Positions 27,878 to 36,667 of a stretch of DNA of 64,000 nucleotides are shown in pieces. A program made the translations under genes and the position numbers. Every line of letters starts with the position of its first letter. Position 1 is the stretch's first letter. The DNA is from Candidatus Hermodarchaeota archaeon. Lineage in GTDB: Archaea; Asgardarchaeota; Hermodarchaeia; Hermodarchaeales; Hermodarchaeaceae. The notes beneath the pieces are model-generated. The model saw nothing but the letters and a program-made list of their open reading frames with translations. It was not told the origin of the DNA and ran no database searches. Location of the stretch: the NCBI GenBank assembly GCA_016839805.1, contig JAEOTO010000031.1, positions 168,322 to 232,321 of the forward strand, written 5' to 3'.

Positions 27878-29437
27878 TTGCGAGTGAAAATTGATCTTCT
27901 CATTCATAATGGTAACATCATCACTATGGATGGACAACAGGGTACCGTAGAAGCGCTGGCAGTTAGTAATGGGCGAATCATTGCCATGGGGACGAATTCT
28001 GAACTAAAGGAGTTGAGCAAAAACGCTGATCAAGTCATCGATATGGGAAAATATACAATACTTCCCGGGTTTATTGATACACATGCTCATTTGGTAGGAT
28101 TAGGACATAGGTTACTTCACCTAGACTTGGGAGAGGCTTCATCAGCTGAGGAGGCTATGCGCTTACTGGTAGAACATATGAAGGACAAGATTCCGGGACA
28201 ACTTGTAACAGGATATAATTGGGATGAAAGTAATTGGACGGAACCTCGCTATTTAACCAAAGAGGATCTTGATCCCGTTACTCCTAAGAACCCCGTTATT
28301 TTGATTCGCGTTTGTGGCCACTTGGTCAGTGTTAATTCATTGATATTAAAGCAGCTCTCTTTAGATTTCGATAACCCCGGTGTCGACCAGCACTCAGAAA
28401 CTGGAGAACCTACAGGCGTGCTTCGGGATATAGAAATTGACATCCGCAAGCTTTCTGGTGAGGAAAAAGATCTTTCTCACCCTATTATTGAAGCGTGTCG
28501 TTATGCAAATAGGGTTGGGATTACATCAGCTCATGAAAATCTGTATCACCGACAACTCCCATTTGTAGCCGAGTACATTAAGCTAAGTCAGAAACGACGA
28601 CTTACTGTTCGCGTCTATGCGAATTTGGAAACAAAGCTACTTGATCAACTTGCAGGACTGGGGTTGCCTTCTGGACTAGGTGATGATTATTTCCGTCTTG
28701 GTGGTTTGAAAGTTTTCATTGATGGCTCCTTAGGAGCTCAAACTGCTGCAGTCTCTAAACCATATGCTGATAACCCGGATTCTCGTGGACTCCTTCTTCT
28801 TACGGAAGCTGATTACGAATTCTTACTTGAGACTGCAAACAAGTTGGGGCTGCAGGTCAGCACTCATGCAATTGGTGACCGCGGAATTGACTTAGTGTTA
28901 CGAATTCATGAAAAAATCAGTAAGGCTGATGAAGTAAAGAAGTTACGACATAACATCATTCATGCTGAGCTACTAACCCCACCATTAATTGAACGAGTGA
29001 AACAATTGGACATGCTTGTACTGCAACAACCAAATTTTGTCCATCGATGGGGACTTCCCGGTGGAATGTACGATATGCGTCTGGGACCTGAACGCGCTCA
29101 ACAATTGAATAATTTCCGGCGAATACTTGATGCTGGAATCAAAGTTGCATTTGGCTCAGATTGTATGCCCATGGACCCTATGTATGGAATTTACTCAGCT
29201 ACAACGCATCCAAACACTGCCATTCGAATCACGATTGAAGAAGCTATTCGTCTTTATACTGTTGATGCAGCTTATGCGAGTTTCGAGGAGAATATCAAAG
29301 GGTCGTTGGCAGTTGGGAAACTGGCGGATTTCATTGTTTTATCAAATAATCCTTTACAAGTTAAGCCAGAGGATCTGAAAAATGTAAAGATCCTTGAGAC
29401 CTATGTGGGAGGCCAACGTGTTTTTTCAAGCCTCTAA
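27878..29437 (+). CDS. Amidohydrolase 3 (YtcJ-like)
   Basis: PGFIDTHAH, KVFIDGSLG, HAIGDRG, FGSD.P, KGSL.VGKLADF. Confidence 0.9.
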   Translation: MRVKIDLLIHNGNIITMDGQQGTVEALAVSNGRIIAMGTNSELKELSKNADQVIDMGKYTILPGFIDTHAHLVGLGHRLLHLDLGEASSAEEAMRLLVEHMKDKIPGQLVTGYNWDESNWTEPRYLTKEDLDPVTPKNPVILIRVCGHLVSVNSLILKQLSLDFDNPGVDQHSETGEPTGVLRDIEIDIRKLSGEEKDLSHPIIEACRYANRVGITSAHENLYHRQLPFVAEYIKLSQKRRLTVRVYANLETKLLDQLAGLGLPSGLGDDYFRLGGLKVFIDGSLGAQTAAVSKPYADNPDSRGLLLLTEADYEFLLETANKLGLQVSTHAIGDRGIDLVLRIHEKISKADEVKKLRHNIIHAELLTPPLIERVKQLDMLVLQQPNFVHRWGLPGGMYDMRLGPERAQQLNNFRRILDAGIKVAFGSDCMPMDPMYGIYSATTHPNTAIRITIEEAIRLYTVDAAYASFEENIKGSLAVGKLADFIVLSNNPLQVKPEDLKNVKILETYVGGQRVFSSL

Positions 29438-30418
29438 AGGTCGTTTCCGCATTAGGAATGCGTTCGCCTCTTGGAGTGTTGGAAAGAGTGGTTTGTGGGG
29501 TCGACGAGAAATTCGAAGAGCTGCCACTGCATTAGCGAAGACTGCAGCACGACCCATTGTCGCTCCTGAAAGCATACTTATGGCAAACCCTGCATCAAAT
29601 GCATCCCCAGCAGCGGTAGTATCGACAACTTTGACTTTGAAACCGGGAACCAGATGCTGATCTCGTTTCGTTGCCAATAAACACCCTTTGCTACCAAGTT
29701 TAACAACGAGCGTTGGAGCACCGGCGTCTAATAGGATCTTTGCACCCTTACGTGGACTTCGTTCTCCTGTTAGGGCTTTGACTTCATTGGCATTTGGAAA
29801 GAAGATATCCACGAATTGGAGCGTGGTTTTTATAGCTTCAATGGTTTCCTCAGACCAATCAGAAGGATCCCACCCTGTATCCAGTGATGTGGTGGCTCCT
29901 CGTGATCTAGCTAGCTCAAGTATCGAGGCAGTGGGTTCACCTCGGAGAGAATCCATGAGATGAGATCCCGCCAAATGCACCCACCGCGGTGGTGGATCTT
30001 TCGAAATACAAGCTTTTAACTCGTTTTGGGATAATTGGGCACTTGTTCCTGGATACGTGACAAAAGCACGTTTACCATCTTCACGTACCATTGCCACAGT
30101 AATTCCTGTTGACGAGTCTTCAACTAGTCGTAAGCAGTGTGTATCTACTTCAGCTTCTCGAAACGCTTTCAGTACGACTTCGCCAAATTGGTCAACGGCA
30201 AGCCGTCCAGCAAAACCTGTTTTTATCCCAAGATTTGCTGTGCATAGGGCAAAATTCGCTGCTGACCCTGCAGCCTGAAGCTTGACTCTAGGAACAACAG
30301 CTTCACGACCAATCCGTGGTATTTTCTCCAGTTGGGAAAAAACTAACTCCGCATTTGCATCACCAATAGAAAGAATTTGAACAATGGCAGGAACCAGAGC
30401 ACTATTTTGCGGTTTCAT
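29426..30418 (-). CDS. PfkB-family carbohydrate kinase
   Basis: GSAAN, FFPN..E, VVKLGSKG, DTTAAGDAF. Confidence 0.9.
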   Translation of the reverse strand: MKPQNSALVPAIVQILSIGDANAELVFSQLEKIPRIGREAVVPRVKLQAAGSAANFALCTANLGIKTGFAGRLAVDQFGEVVLKAFREAEVDTHCLRLVEDSSTGITVAMVREDGKRAFVTYPGTSAQLSQNELKACISKDPPPRWVHLAGSHLMDSLRGEPTASILELARSRGATTSLDTGWDPSDWSEETIEAIKTTLQFVDIFFPNANEVKALTGERSPRKGAKILLDAGAPTLVVKLGSKGCLLATKRDQHLVPGFKVKVVDTTAAGDAFDAGFAISMLSGATMGRAAVFANAVAALRISRRPHKPLFPTLQEANAFLMRKRPLEA

Positions 30419-30487
30419 TTGATTTTCCTCCGAAGTTCATTCCGACTAGCAAGTGATATTCCTAATAATACTATCCGCTTGATTAGC

Positions 30488-30552
30488 CCGGCAAAAAGGA
30501 GAGGGAGTAGAACGCCATTGCCCCGTGGCAATACAGCGTTCTCACCTGCCGG
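30488..30552 (-). terminator. Long stem-loop/terminator downstream of alba
   Basis: Nested pairings CCGGCA/TGCCGG, AGAACGC/GCGTTCT, ATTGCC/GGCAAT; CTCTCCTTTTT tract on minus strand. Confidence 0.6.
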
Positions 30553-30614
30553 ATTGGCGGTTTCATGCGATATTCGATCGCTTGATTAGTGCGTGGTTCG
30601 TAGAGGATTGCGAA

Positions 30615-31067
30615 TTAAGTTCCGCGAACCAATGTGATCTCCATTGCTGATACGTTAGCAACGTTGCCTTCTGCAGTTTTGACCTGTTCAGTTGAGATAT
30701 CGATGTTACGCACAACGAGATCAGTCATGAACCGGTTGCGAAGGACCTCGGCCACATCTACAGCGCGGCTGATAGCGCGACCACGAGCCTTGATAACCAG
30801 TTCCTCAGGATTCCGATTGAGCTGCGTAACACAAGCAGTGATGTAGCTCATGAGGGGTTTGCTACCGACGAACACGACGCTTTCGTCGCGTCGGAACTTT
30901 GCGGGTTCAGCTTTCTTCTCAGGTTCTTTAGCAACCTTCTCAGCTTTGGGTTTCCCAGCCTTGGGTTTCTCAGCCTTGGCTTTTTCAGCCTTGGCTTCGG
31001 TTTTCGGTTTTTCAGCCTTAGTTTCTTCAGCTTTTGGAGTCTCAGCAGTGTCTGATTCTTTAGACAT
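30615..31067 (-). CDS. albA: DNA/RNA-binding protein Alba with ~60-aa KAEKP-rich N-terminal tail
   Basis: VFVGSKPLMSY, IKARGRAISRAVDVAE, VSAMEI. Confidence 0.92.
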   Translation of the reverse strand: MSKESDTAETPKAEETKAEKPKTEAKAEKAKAEKPKAGKPKAEKVAKEPEKKAEPAKFRRDESVVFVGSKPLMSYITACVTQLNRNPEELVIKARGRAISRAVDVAEVLRNRFMTDLVVRNIDISTEQVKTAEGNVANVSAMEITLVRGT

Positions 31068-31253
31068 TTTTGGGAGTTTCCTCCATCTCTAGTTTGGTTG
31101 TATTCTGCGTTCACCAGTTATCCAGTGACGCATCACAGATAGAAGTAGAGTGCTTCTTTCTGTAATGATGGTGAGTAGAATCGATACTCTGAATCGCACT
31201 TTAAAGTGTTTGGTTTCTACTCCAATTTTCTTACTCTAGACTAATAGTACGTT

Positions 31254-32339
31254 TTATTCATTTTTCCATTGATTTTTTCGGCGATGAATGATTAAAATTA
31301 ACAAACTAACAGCTATCATAAGACCTACTAGAGCAAAAAGTAGCCACAACCCGGAGAGCCCATTGGGTTGGAAGTTAGTTGGTTGAATCAATTGTTTTTG
31401 AATGAAATCTTCTACTACTCGTCCCACAACCTCCAGCGAACCTGATGAACATTTGTCTGGAGTATCAGCTTGAGTATGCCAATACGGATAATCAAAATCG
31501 ATTATATCAATGGCTGGAATCCCCGCACTGAGAAAGGGGCGATGATCATCTATTAATGAAAATCCAGTTACATCTTGAAAGAGGTCATCGTAACCTAGGT
31601 CGGCAGCAATTGTCCAAATGGTATCGACCAGTGCGGAGGTTGAGCTTTGTTCACGTTTTATTTGGAGGTCAGCATCACCCATCATATCGAGAAGGACGGC
31701 ACTACGAATGTTAGCCTTTTGAAGTGGACTAAGGTTGTTTACATAGTAAGTGGACCCAACAATCCACTCCCACCCATTATAGTTACCTGAGTCCTCAGCA
31801 TCAACAAAAAGTAAAGTCACGACATTTTTCGCTTCCTCAGGGAGAACTGCTGCTAATTCGATGAGGGCTGCTACACCACTCGCCCCATCATTAGCTCCGA
31901 GAATTGGACGTGTACGGTTTACGGGATCCGGGTCATAGTCGGCAATTGGGCGGGTATCATAGTGCGCTAGTAGAACATACAATGGAGCTGAACTAGATCC
32001 GGCGATGATATTTCGTAGAGAGGTAGATTGGTATTCCCAAGTTTGGGTTTGGGTGGTCCAGCCCTGATTTTCTAAGGATGAGATGATGTAATCTCCACAT
32101 GCTGTCAAATTGCTTGAACCTGGTGGGCGAGGGCCGAAAGCGCACTGATCTTCAAGGTAGGTGTAAGCACGAGTACCATTGAACTCCAATGAATTCTGTG
32201 CTGGTTCGGAGGCCAATTGATTAAGATCAGAGGAAGAGTGTGGATTGAAGTGTAATTTGATGGGGAGGAGGGGTACATGAAGTAGCTGAACACAGAGAAA
32301 GACGAGGGTTAATGAAGTGAGAATACGAGGTTGCCTCAT
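31254..32339 (-). CDS. M28 Zn peptidase / glutaminyl-cyclase-like, membrane anchored
   Basis: FGPR.PGS, AHYDTRP, GANDGASGVA, DAED, LLDMMG, DDH.PF, YWHT..D; N-terminal signal and C-terminal TM. Confidence 0.85.
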   Translation of the reverse strand: MRQPRILTSLTLVFLCVQLLHVPLLPIKLHFNPHSSSDLNQLASEPAQNSLEFNGTRAYTYLEDQCAFGPRPPGSSNLTACGDYIISSLENQGWTTQTQTWEYQSTSLRNIIAGSSSAPLYVLLAHYDTRPIADYDPDPVNRTRPILGANDGASGVAALIELAAVLPEEAKNVVTLLFVDAEDSGNYNGWEWIVGSTYYVNNLSPLQKANIRSAVLLDMMGDADLQIKREQSSTSALVDTIWTIAADLGYDDLFQDVTGFSLIDDHRPFLSAGIPAIDIIDFDYPYWHTQADTPDKCSSGSLEVVGRVVEDFIQKQLIQPTNFQPNGLSGLWLLFALVGLMIAVSLLILIIHRRKNQWKNE

Positions 32340-32444
32340 GTTCGCACCCTAGACAAGAGGAATTTTCTAAGATGGAAGTGAGAAAACCCGAAACCTATAA
32401 AAGTACTGGACTGGGTGCCTCAACTACACCGTGGGTGGCTTTGT

Positions 32445-32834
32445 ATGTCGAAGGAATCAGATGAACTTAAACGCATTCGGGAGCGGAAACTCCAGGCCCT
32501 GATTGCAGAACAGCAACGACGTGAAGCTGCAAACTCGGTAAAAATTGAACGCGAGAAAGAACGTGAACAAGTTGTCCAAGCGATTTTTCTCCCTGATGCA
32601 GTAGATTATCTGAAGGAACTTAAAAAGATGAAACCAGATATTGCTAACCGTATTGAAGATTTAGCAATCGCACTTTTCTTACGACGCCAATTGGTAACTC
32701 GAATACCAAAAGCAGGTGTACTACTAGTCCAGCGGAAATTAGAAGGTGTGGAACCAAAAATTACTGTGAAGCGACGGGGCGAAGATGAAGTTAGCTTCTA
32801 TGAAGCGGTTCGGAAAGATTTAGCTGAACAGTAA
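32445..32834 (+). CDS. PDCD5-like (dsDNA-binding family) protein
   Basis: DELKRIRERKLQAL...MKPDIANRIE...ITVKRR pattern. Confidence 0.72.
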   Translation: MSKESDELKRIRERKLQALIAEQQRREAANSVKIEREKEREQVVQAIFLPDAVDYLKELKKMKPDIANRIEDLAIALFLRRQLVTRIPKAGVLLVQRKLEGVEPKITVKRRGEDEVSFYEAVRKDLAEQ

Positions 32835-32900
32835 ATTGAACAGGAAAGACTCGACTCTTTTTAGGTACTCGCCTTTTTTTGATTTCAGCTGGTTAAACAT

Positions 32901-33386
32901 CTAGTAAACTGCTGCTTGTGCTGTCCCAGCTGAGGCTTCTTTTAAAACCCGACCCTGTCGGTTTTGGAGGGCAACTTTGATAACGCTAACAGCATTAGCT
33001 CCCCAAACCGTTCGTTTTACGTCTCGTTCGAGCATTTCAATTGCTGAATCGTTACTTAGTTCTTGAAATGCTGTAGGGCCTAAATGAAGGAGCAGATGGA
33101 GGATAGTTCCAGCTTCATTGAAAAGGGGATTGGGAGGAAGATCCATCTCAAGTGATTCCGAAGGAGGTGACGATACTTGTATCTTCCAATGGAAATATCG
33201 TTTCCGTGCCTCTTTCCGAATGTCCACTAACCCAACGCAACAAAGAACTTCAATGACATCGTATAGTCGGCGTTTTTCTTGGAGTGGCAAGCCTAGATGC
33301 ATGAGGAGAGTGTTTGCGGTATATTCTTTTTCAGGATGTTCCCGCAAAAAAGTGATTACATGACGCGCAACTTCGCCTAATTTCAT
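32901..33386 (-). CDS. E2F/DP-like winged-helix DNA-binding protein
   Basis: KLGEVARHVITFLRE...KRRLYDVIEVLCCVGLV...WK matches E2F pattern LG....F..LL.E...KRRIYDITNVLEGIGLI...WK. Confidence 0.72.
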   Translation of the reverse strand: MKLGEVARHVITFLREHPEKEYTANTLLMHLGLPLQEKRRLYDVIEVLCCVGLVDIRKEARKRYFHWKIQVSSPPSESLEMDLPPNPLFNEAGTILHLLLHLGPTAFQELSNDSAIEMLERDVKRTVWGANAVSVIKVALQNRQGRVLKEASAGTAQAAVY

Positions 33387-33674
33387 ACTGATATCCTCGC
33401 CCAGTCTCTCATGTTACAAGGGAGCTCCAGGTAGCTCCTCTCATAGGAAAGTGAGATGAAAGTTACATCTACACCTTTCGAATCAGATGAAAGTTTCCCC
33501 CATAACATAAAGTGTGTTCTTATCCTTTCTTCTTTCTCGTTAAAAAGTGCTGGTATTACATGGAAAAGAATTAATCGAGGTGAAACGGAGAAAGTAGTTA
33601 TTGACAAAAGTCAGTAAAAGGGTAGAGCTTAAATCAATAGATTCCTTGCTAGGAAGGGGGCAAGGCTGGTCTGA

Positions 33675-34895
33675 ATGCGAAAATTGCGTCAAGGGTTGGT
33701 GGCAACATTTTTCTTTCTCCTAGCGCTACTTGCAGTGCTACCTCCCCAAACAGCGGCCTTTCAATACATCCATTACTGGCGGGTAAACTTTACCGGTTTT
33801 TTAGAAGTGTCTGGAAACCAATCACTTCCAATTCTGCCCTATTGGAATTACATTGGCAATCAATCCTGGCAAACATGTGAGCAAATTCATTTCGACATGA
33901 CTCATAACAATGATACTATCGAGCCCATTGAGATCGTAATCGACCTTGATGGAAACCCTCAGCTGGTTTTGAATCTTACAACACCCCTAGAACCGAATGA
34001 CACACTAACGTGGCACGATGAATGGTTAATCTCCGTGTCGAACCTACGACCGCGTCTGCCCCAGATTTACATTGATCAATCCGGAAACATCAGTGAAATC
34101 GAAGAACTAATGGAACCCGAGGAGTATGATCGTTACACACGTGGGACAACGTTATGGAAGACGTGGAACCAGTCTTTAGTAAACACATCACGAGACATTC
34201 GAAATAGCCTTCCCATTGAATTGCATAACAACACACTTGCACTTGTTCATGCTGCAATCCGATGGATTCAAACCAACATCCAGCGATCTATTGGATTATC
34301 CGAACCTCAATATCCAGAAGAAATCATAGTCAGTAAAATCGGAGACTGTGATGATCAATCCAATTTATTGATCACATTTTTACGAATTTTTAATATTCCG
34401 TGTTATCTAATGACAGGCCATTGGTTTCAAGAAGGAGCTAGTACTAATGGCTACCTCTGGGGATCAGTAGAAGAGAACGCCTTTTTCTATGTTAATTGGG
34501 AGAATGCAGTTGGTCATGGATGGGCGATGGTGTATGTTCCTCCATGGGGTTGGTTACCCTTTGATCTAACAGCAGCGGGTTATGGAGTTGACCCAGCTAA
34601 CACCTATTATGAATCGCTATATGCTTCGAGCTTACCATTTGTTACCTTGTGGCAGGTCGTTGTTACTGATTACATTCAAGAACGTCGAACAGAGAAACTT
34701 GATTTATTCACCTTTGAACTTCACCGTATTGAATACGAAGAATGGATTTCACTTGGTTCAATTCCAATCGCTGACTTTCAATACTTCTTGACTAATGTTG
34801 CCACCTTAGTTGCACTAATAGGCACTCTGGCTTTGTTCGGTTGTATTATTGGAATTGCCCTTCGGCGTCGAGGGAAGGAGGCACCTAAACAATGA
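33675..34895 (+). CDS. Membrane-anchored transglutaminase-like protein
   Basis: Signal peptide; GDCDD, GHGW, GWLPFDLT (Cys-His-Asp triad); C-terminal TM; ATGA overlap with bshC. Confidence 0.85.
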   Translation: MRKLRQGLVATFFFLLALLAVLPPQTAAFQYIHYWRVNFTGFLEVSGNQSLPILPYWNYIGNQSWQTCEQIHFDMTHNNDTIEPIEIVIDLDGNPQLVLNLTTPLEPNDTLTWHDEWLISVSNLRPRLPQIYIDQSGNISEIEELMEPEEYDRYTRGTTLWKTWNQSLVNTSRDIRNSLPIELHNNTLALVHAAIRWIQTNIQRSIGLSEPQYPEEIIVSKIGDCDDQSNLLITFLRIFNIPCYLMTGHWFQEGASTNGYLWGSVEENAFFYVNWENAVGHGWAMVYVPPWGWLPFDLTAAGYGVDPANTYYESLYASSLPFVTLWQVVVTDYIQERRTEKLDLFTFELHRIEYEEWISLGSIPIADFQYFLTNVATLVALIGTLALFGCIIGIALRRRGKEAPKQ

Positions 34896-36667
34896 TTTCC
34901 CGGGCTGCCCCTAACGAATTGTATTCTGAATACGTCTTTGATGGAAAAAAAACAGCGCTAGAATTCTGGGGGCATATCCCCCATAACATGAAAGAAGCTG
35001 TGACCCTTAGTAAATCCATAATCAAAGCGTATCGGGAAAAACACCAACCACTCTTCACACCTGAACGACTTAATGATTTACTCAAAGCCATTAAAACATT
35101 TCATCAAAAACACAAAGCCTTAACTCCAAACGCCAAGCAAAATCTTACCCTTCTTGAAGAGCAATATGGTGCAGTCGAAGCAGGTCACCAACCAGCCCTC
35201 TTAGGTGGTCCAGGATTCGTTATTAACAAACTTGCCGCCATTGCACGCTTAGCGGCGTTCCAACATACAGCACCCATCATGTTTGTGGGTGATCATGATC
35301 ACGAGCAAAAAGAATTGACAGTAATTCATCTACCAAGTCCAGGTCCCCGAGGACTTATCTTTACATACCGAGTACCACGCGAGTATCAACTATCACCCTT
35401 ACATGTACTTCCCCTCCCACCTCTTACCTGGTTGAAACAGGTAGTTGAAAAAATCACATCAACATATCATGAAATGGTTGCAGATTCTGGAAGGGAAAAG
35501 AAAGACATCTACGAAACCAGAATCCAACGTCTCCGTCAATTACTCGTAAACACGTATAATCAAGCCAACACGTTTTCTGAATGGACCGTGTTGATTTGGA
35601 TTCAAATCATCAACATGTCCCAAGATGTTGGGATTCTCTTTCAGGTGTTCTCAGACCCAAGGATTCGCGATCTAATGCTCCCTGCCTTTGAATATCTTTT
35701 AGCGTCCTCAAATCGCACTCAACTAATCCAAGCGCTAAATCAAAGTGCAACCAAGCTTGAAAACCTTGGTTATCAACCCGGAATAGGCATACGCACAGAG
35801 AATTATGTACCCTTCCATCTCGAATGTCTGACCCAAGGCTGTCATCGAACCCGTCTTGACCCACATCTTACTGATTATTCGACAAGCAGTACTATTGAAA
35901 TCTCAGCTAACTGTCCTAAGTGTAATACGATTCATACTCTAGAATTGAAAGCCAGTTCACCTGATCTTTCACCCTGGAAGGACTTTTTATCACCACGAGT
36001 AGATACTAGAGCCTTTCTCGTACAAAGCTATACACCTGTAATTCTTCATTGTGGTGGAGCCGGAGAAACAGATTACCACGCCCAGGTTTCACCTGCACTT
36101 AAGGCCATAAAGAGTATTGCACCCATTTTCTTCCGCTATACAAGGCTGTATTATGGAAACCCATGGACACACCGCCAAAGTCTGAAACTTTCCCAAGAAA
36201 ATCTAAGCCCGTTAGACCTTAGTGAACTTCAACGCTATTCCTCTGCAATCATCACAGGATATAAGGAAGAAAATGTGGGAGTCATCCAATCGTTATTTGC
36301 AGCAAGTAATGAACACATCACAAAAACGGCTACCCACCTGATTCAGGTTGAATCACAAATGGAGAAGAAACGAATGGACACAATTATTTTACAGCGCGAA
36401 GCGTCAGAACCAACTATCAAAAAAGAGCTCCAAACAGAAATTGGTGCACTAACCCGTAATCGCCAGTTAATACAAACCTATCTTTCGCAAATGTTTGGTC
36501 GCTATTCCCCTGAACGGCTTGGTCAAGAAGTGAGTTTTGCATGGATTGACTTTGCTTTATCCCTCAGCCCAGAGCACCTTTTCTCCAGACTTTTTACTCA
36601 CTACCAGCCACTTACGCCGTCAGCTGCAACTTTCTACTTACCTGAAAACCCAACTAAGCTTGAATAA
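34892..36667 (+). CDS. bshC: Bacillithiol cysteine-adding enzyme BshC-like
   Basis: AVEAGHQPALLGGP...NK, DHD, SPRVDTR..VQ, GGAGE.DY.AQ, C-terminal coiled coil; adjacent to bshA. Confidence 0.75.
   Translation: MISRAAPNELYSEYVFDGKKTALEFWGHIPHNMKEAVTLSKSIIKAYREKHQPLFTPERLNDLLKAIKTFHQKHKALTPNAKQNLTLLEEQYGAVEAGHQPALLGGPGFVINKLAAIARLAAFQHTAPIMFVGDHDHEQKELTVIHLPSPGPRGLIFTYRVPREYQLSPLHVLPLPPLTWLKQVVEKITSTYHEMVADSGREKKDIYETRIQRLRQLLVNTYNQANTFSEWTVLIWIQIINMSQDVGILFQVFSDPRIRDLMLPAFEYLLASSNRTQLIQALNQSATKLENLGYQPGIGIRTENYVPFHLECLTQGCHRTRLDPHLTDYSTSSTIEISANCPKCNTIHTLELKASSPDLSPWKDFLSPRVDTRAFLVQSYTPVILHCGGAGETDYHAQVSPALKAIKSIAPIFFRYTRLYYGNPWTHRQSLKLSQENLSPLDLSELQRYSSAIITGYKEENVGVIQSLFAASNEHITKTATHLIQVESQMEKKRMDTIILQREASEPTIKKELQTEIGALTRNRQLIQTYLSQMFGRYSPERLGQEVSFAWIDFALSLSPEHLFSRLFTHYQPLTPSAATFYLPENPTKLE

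Noticed and set aside
30488-30552. SECIS element
   Set aside because: No in-frame TGA in neighbouring genes and no clear SECIS core; better explained as a terminator/3' structure
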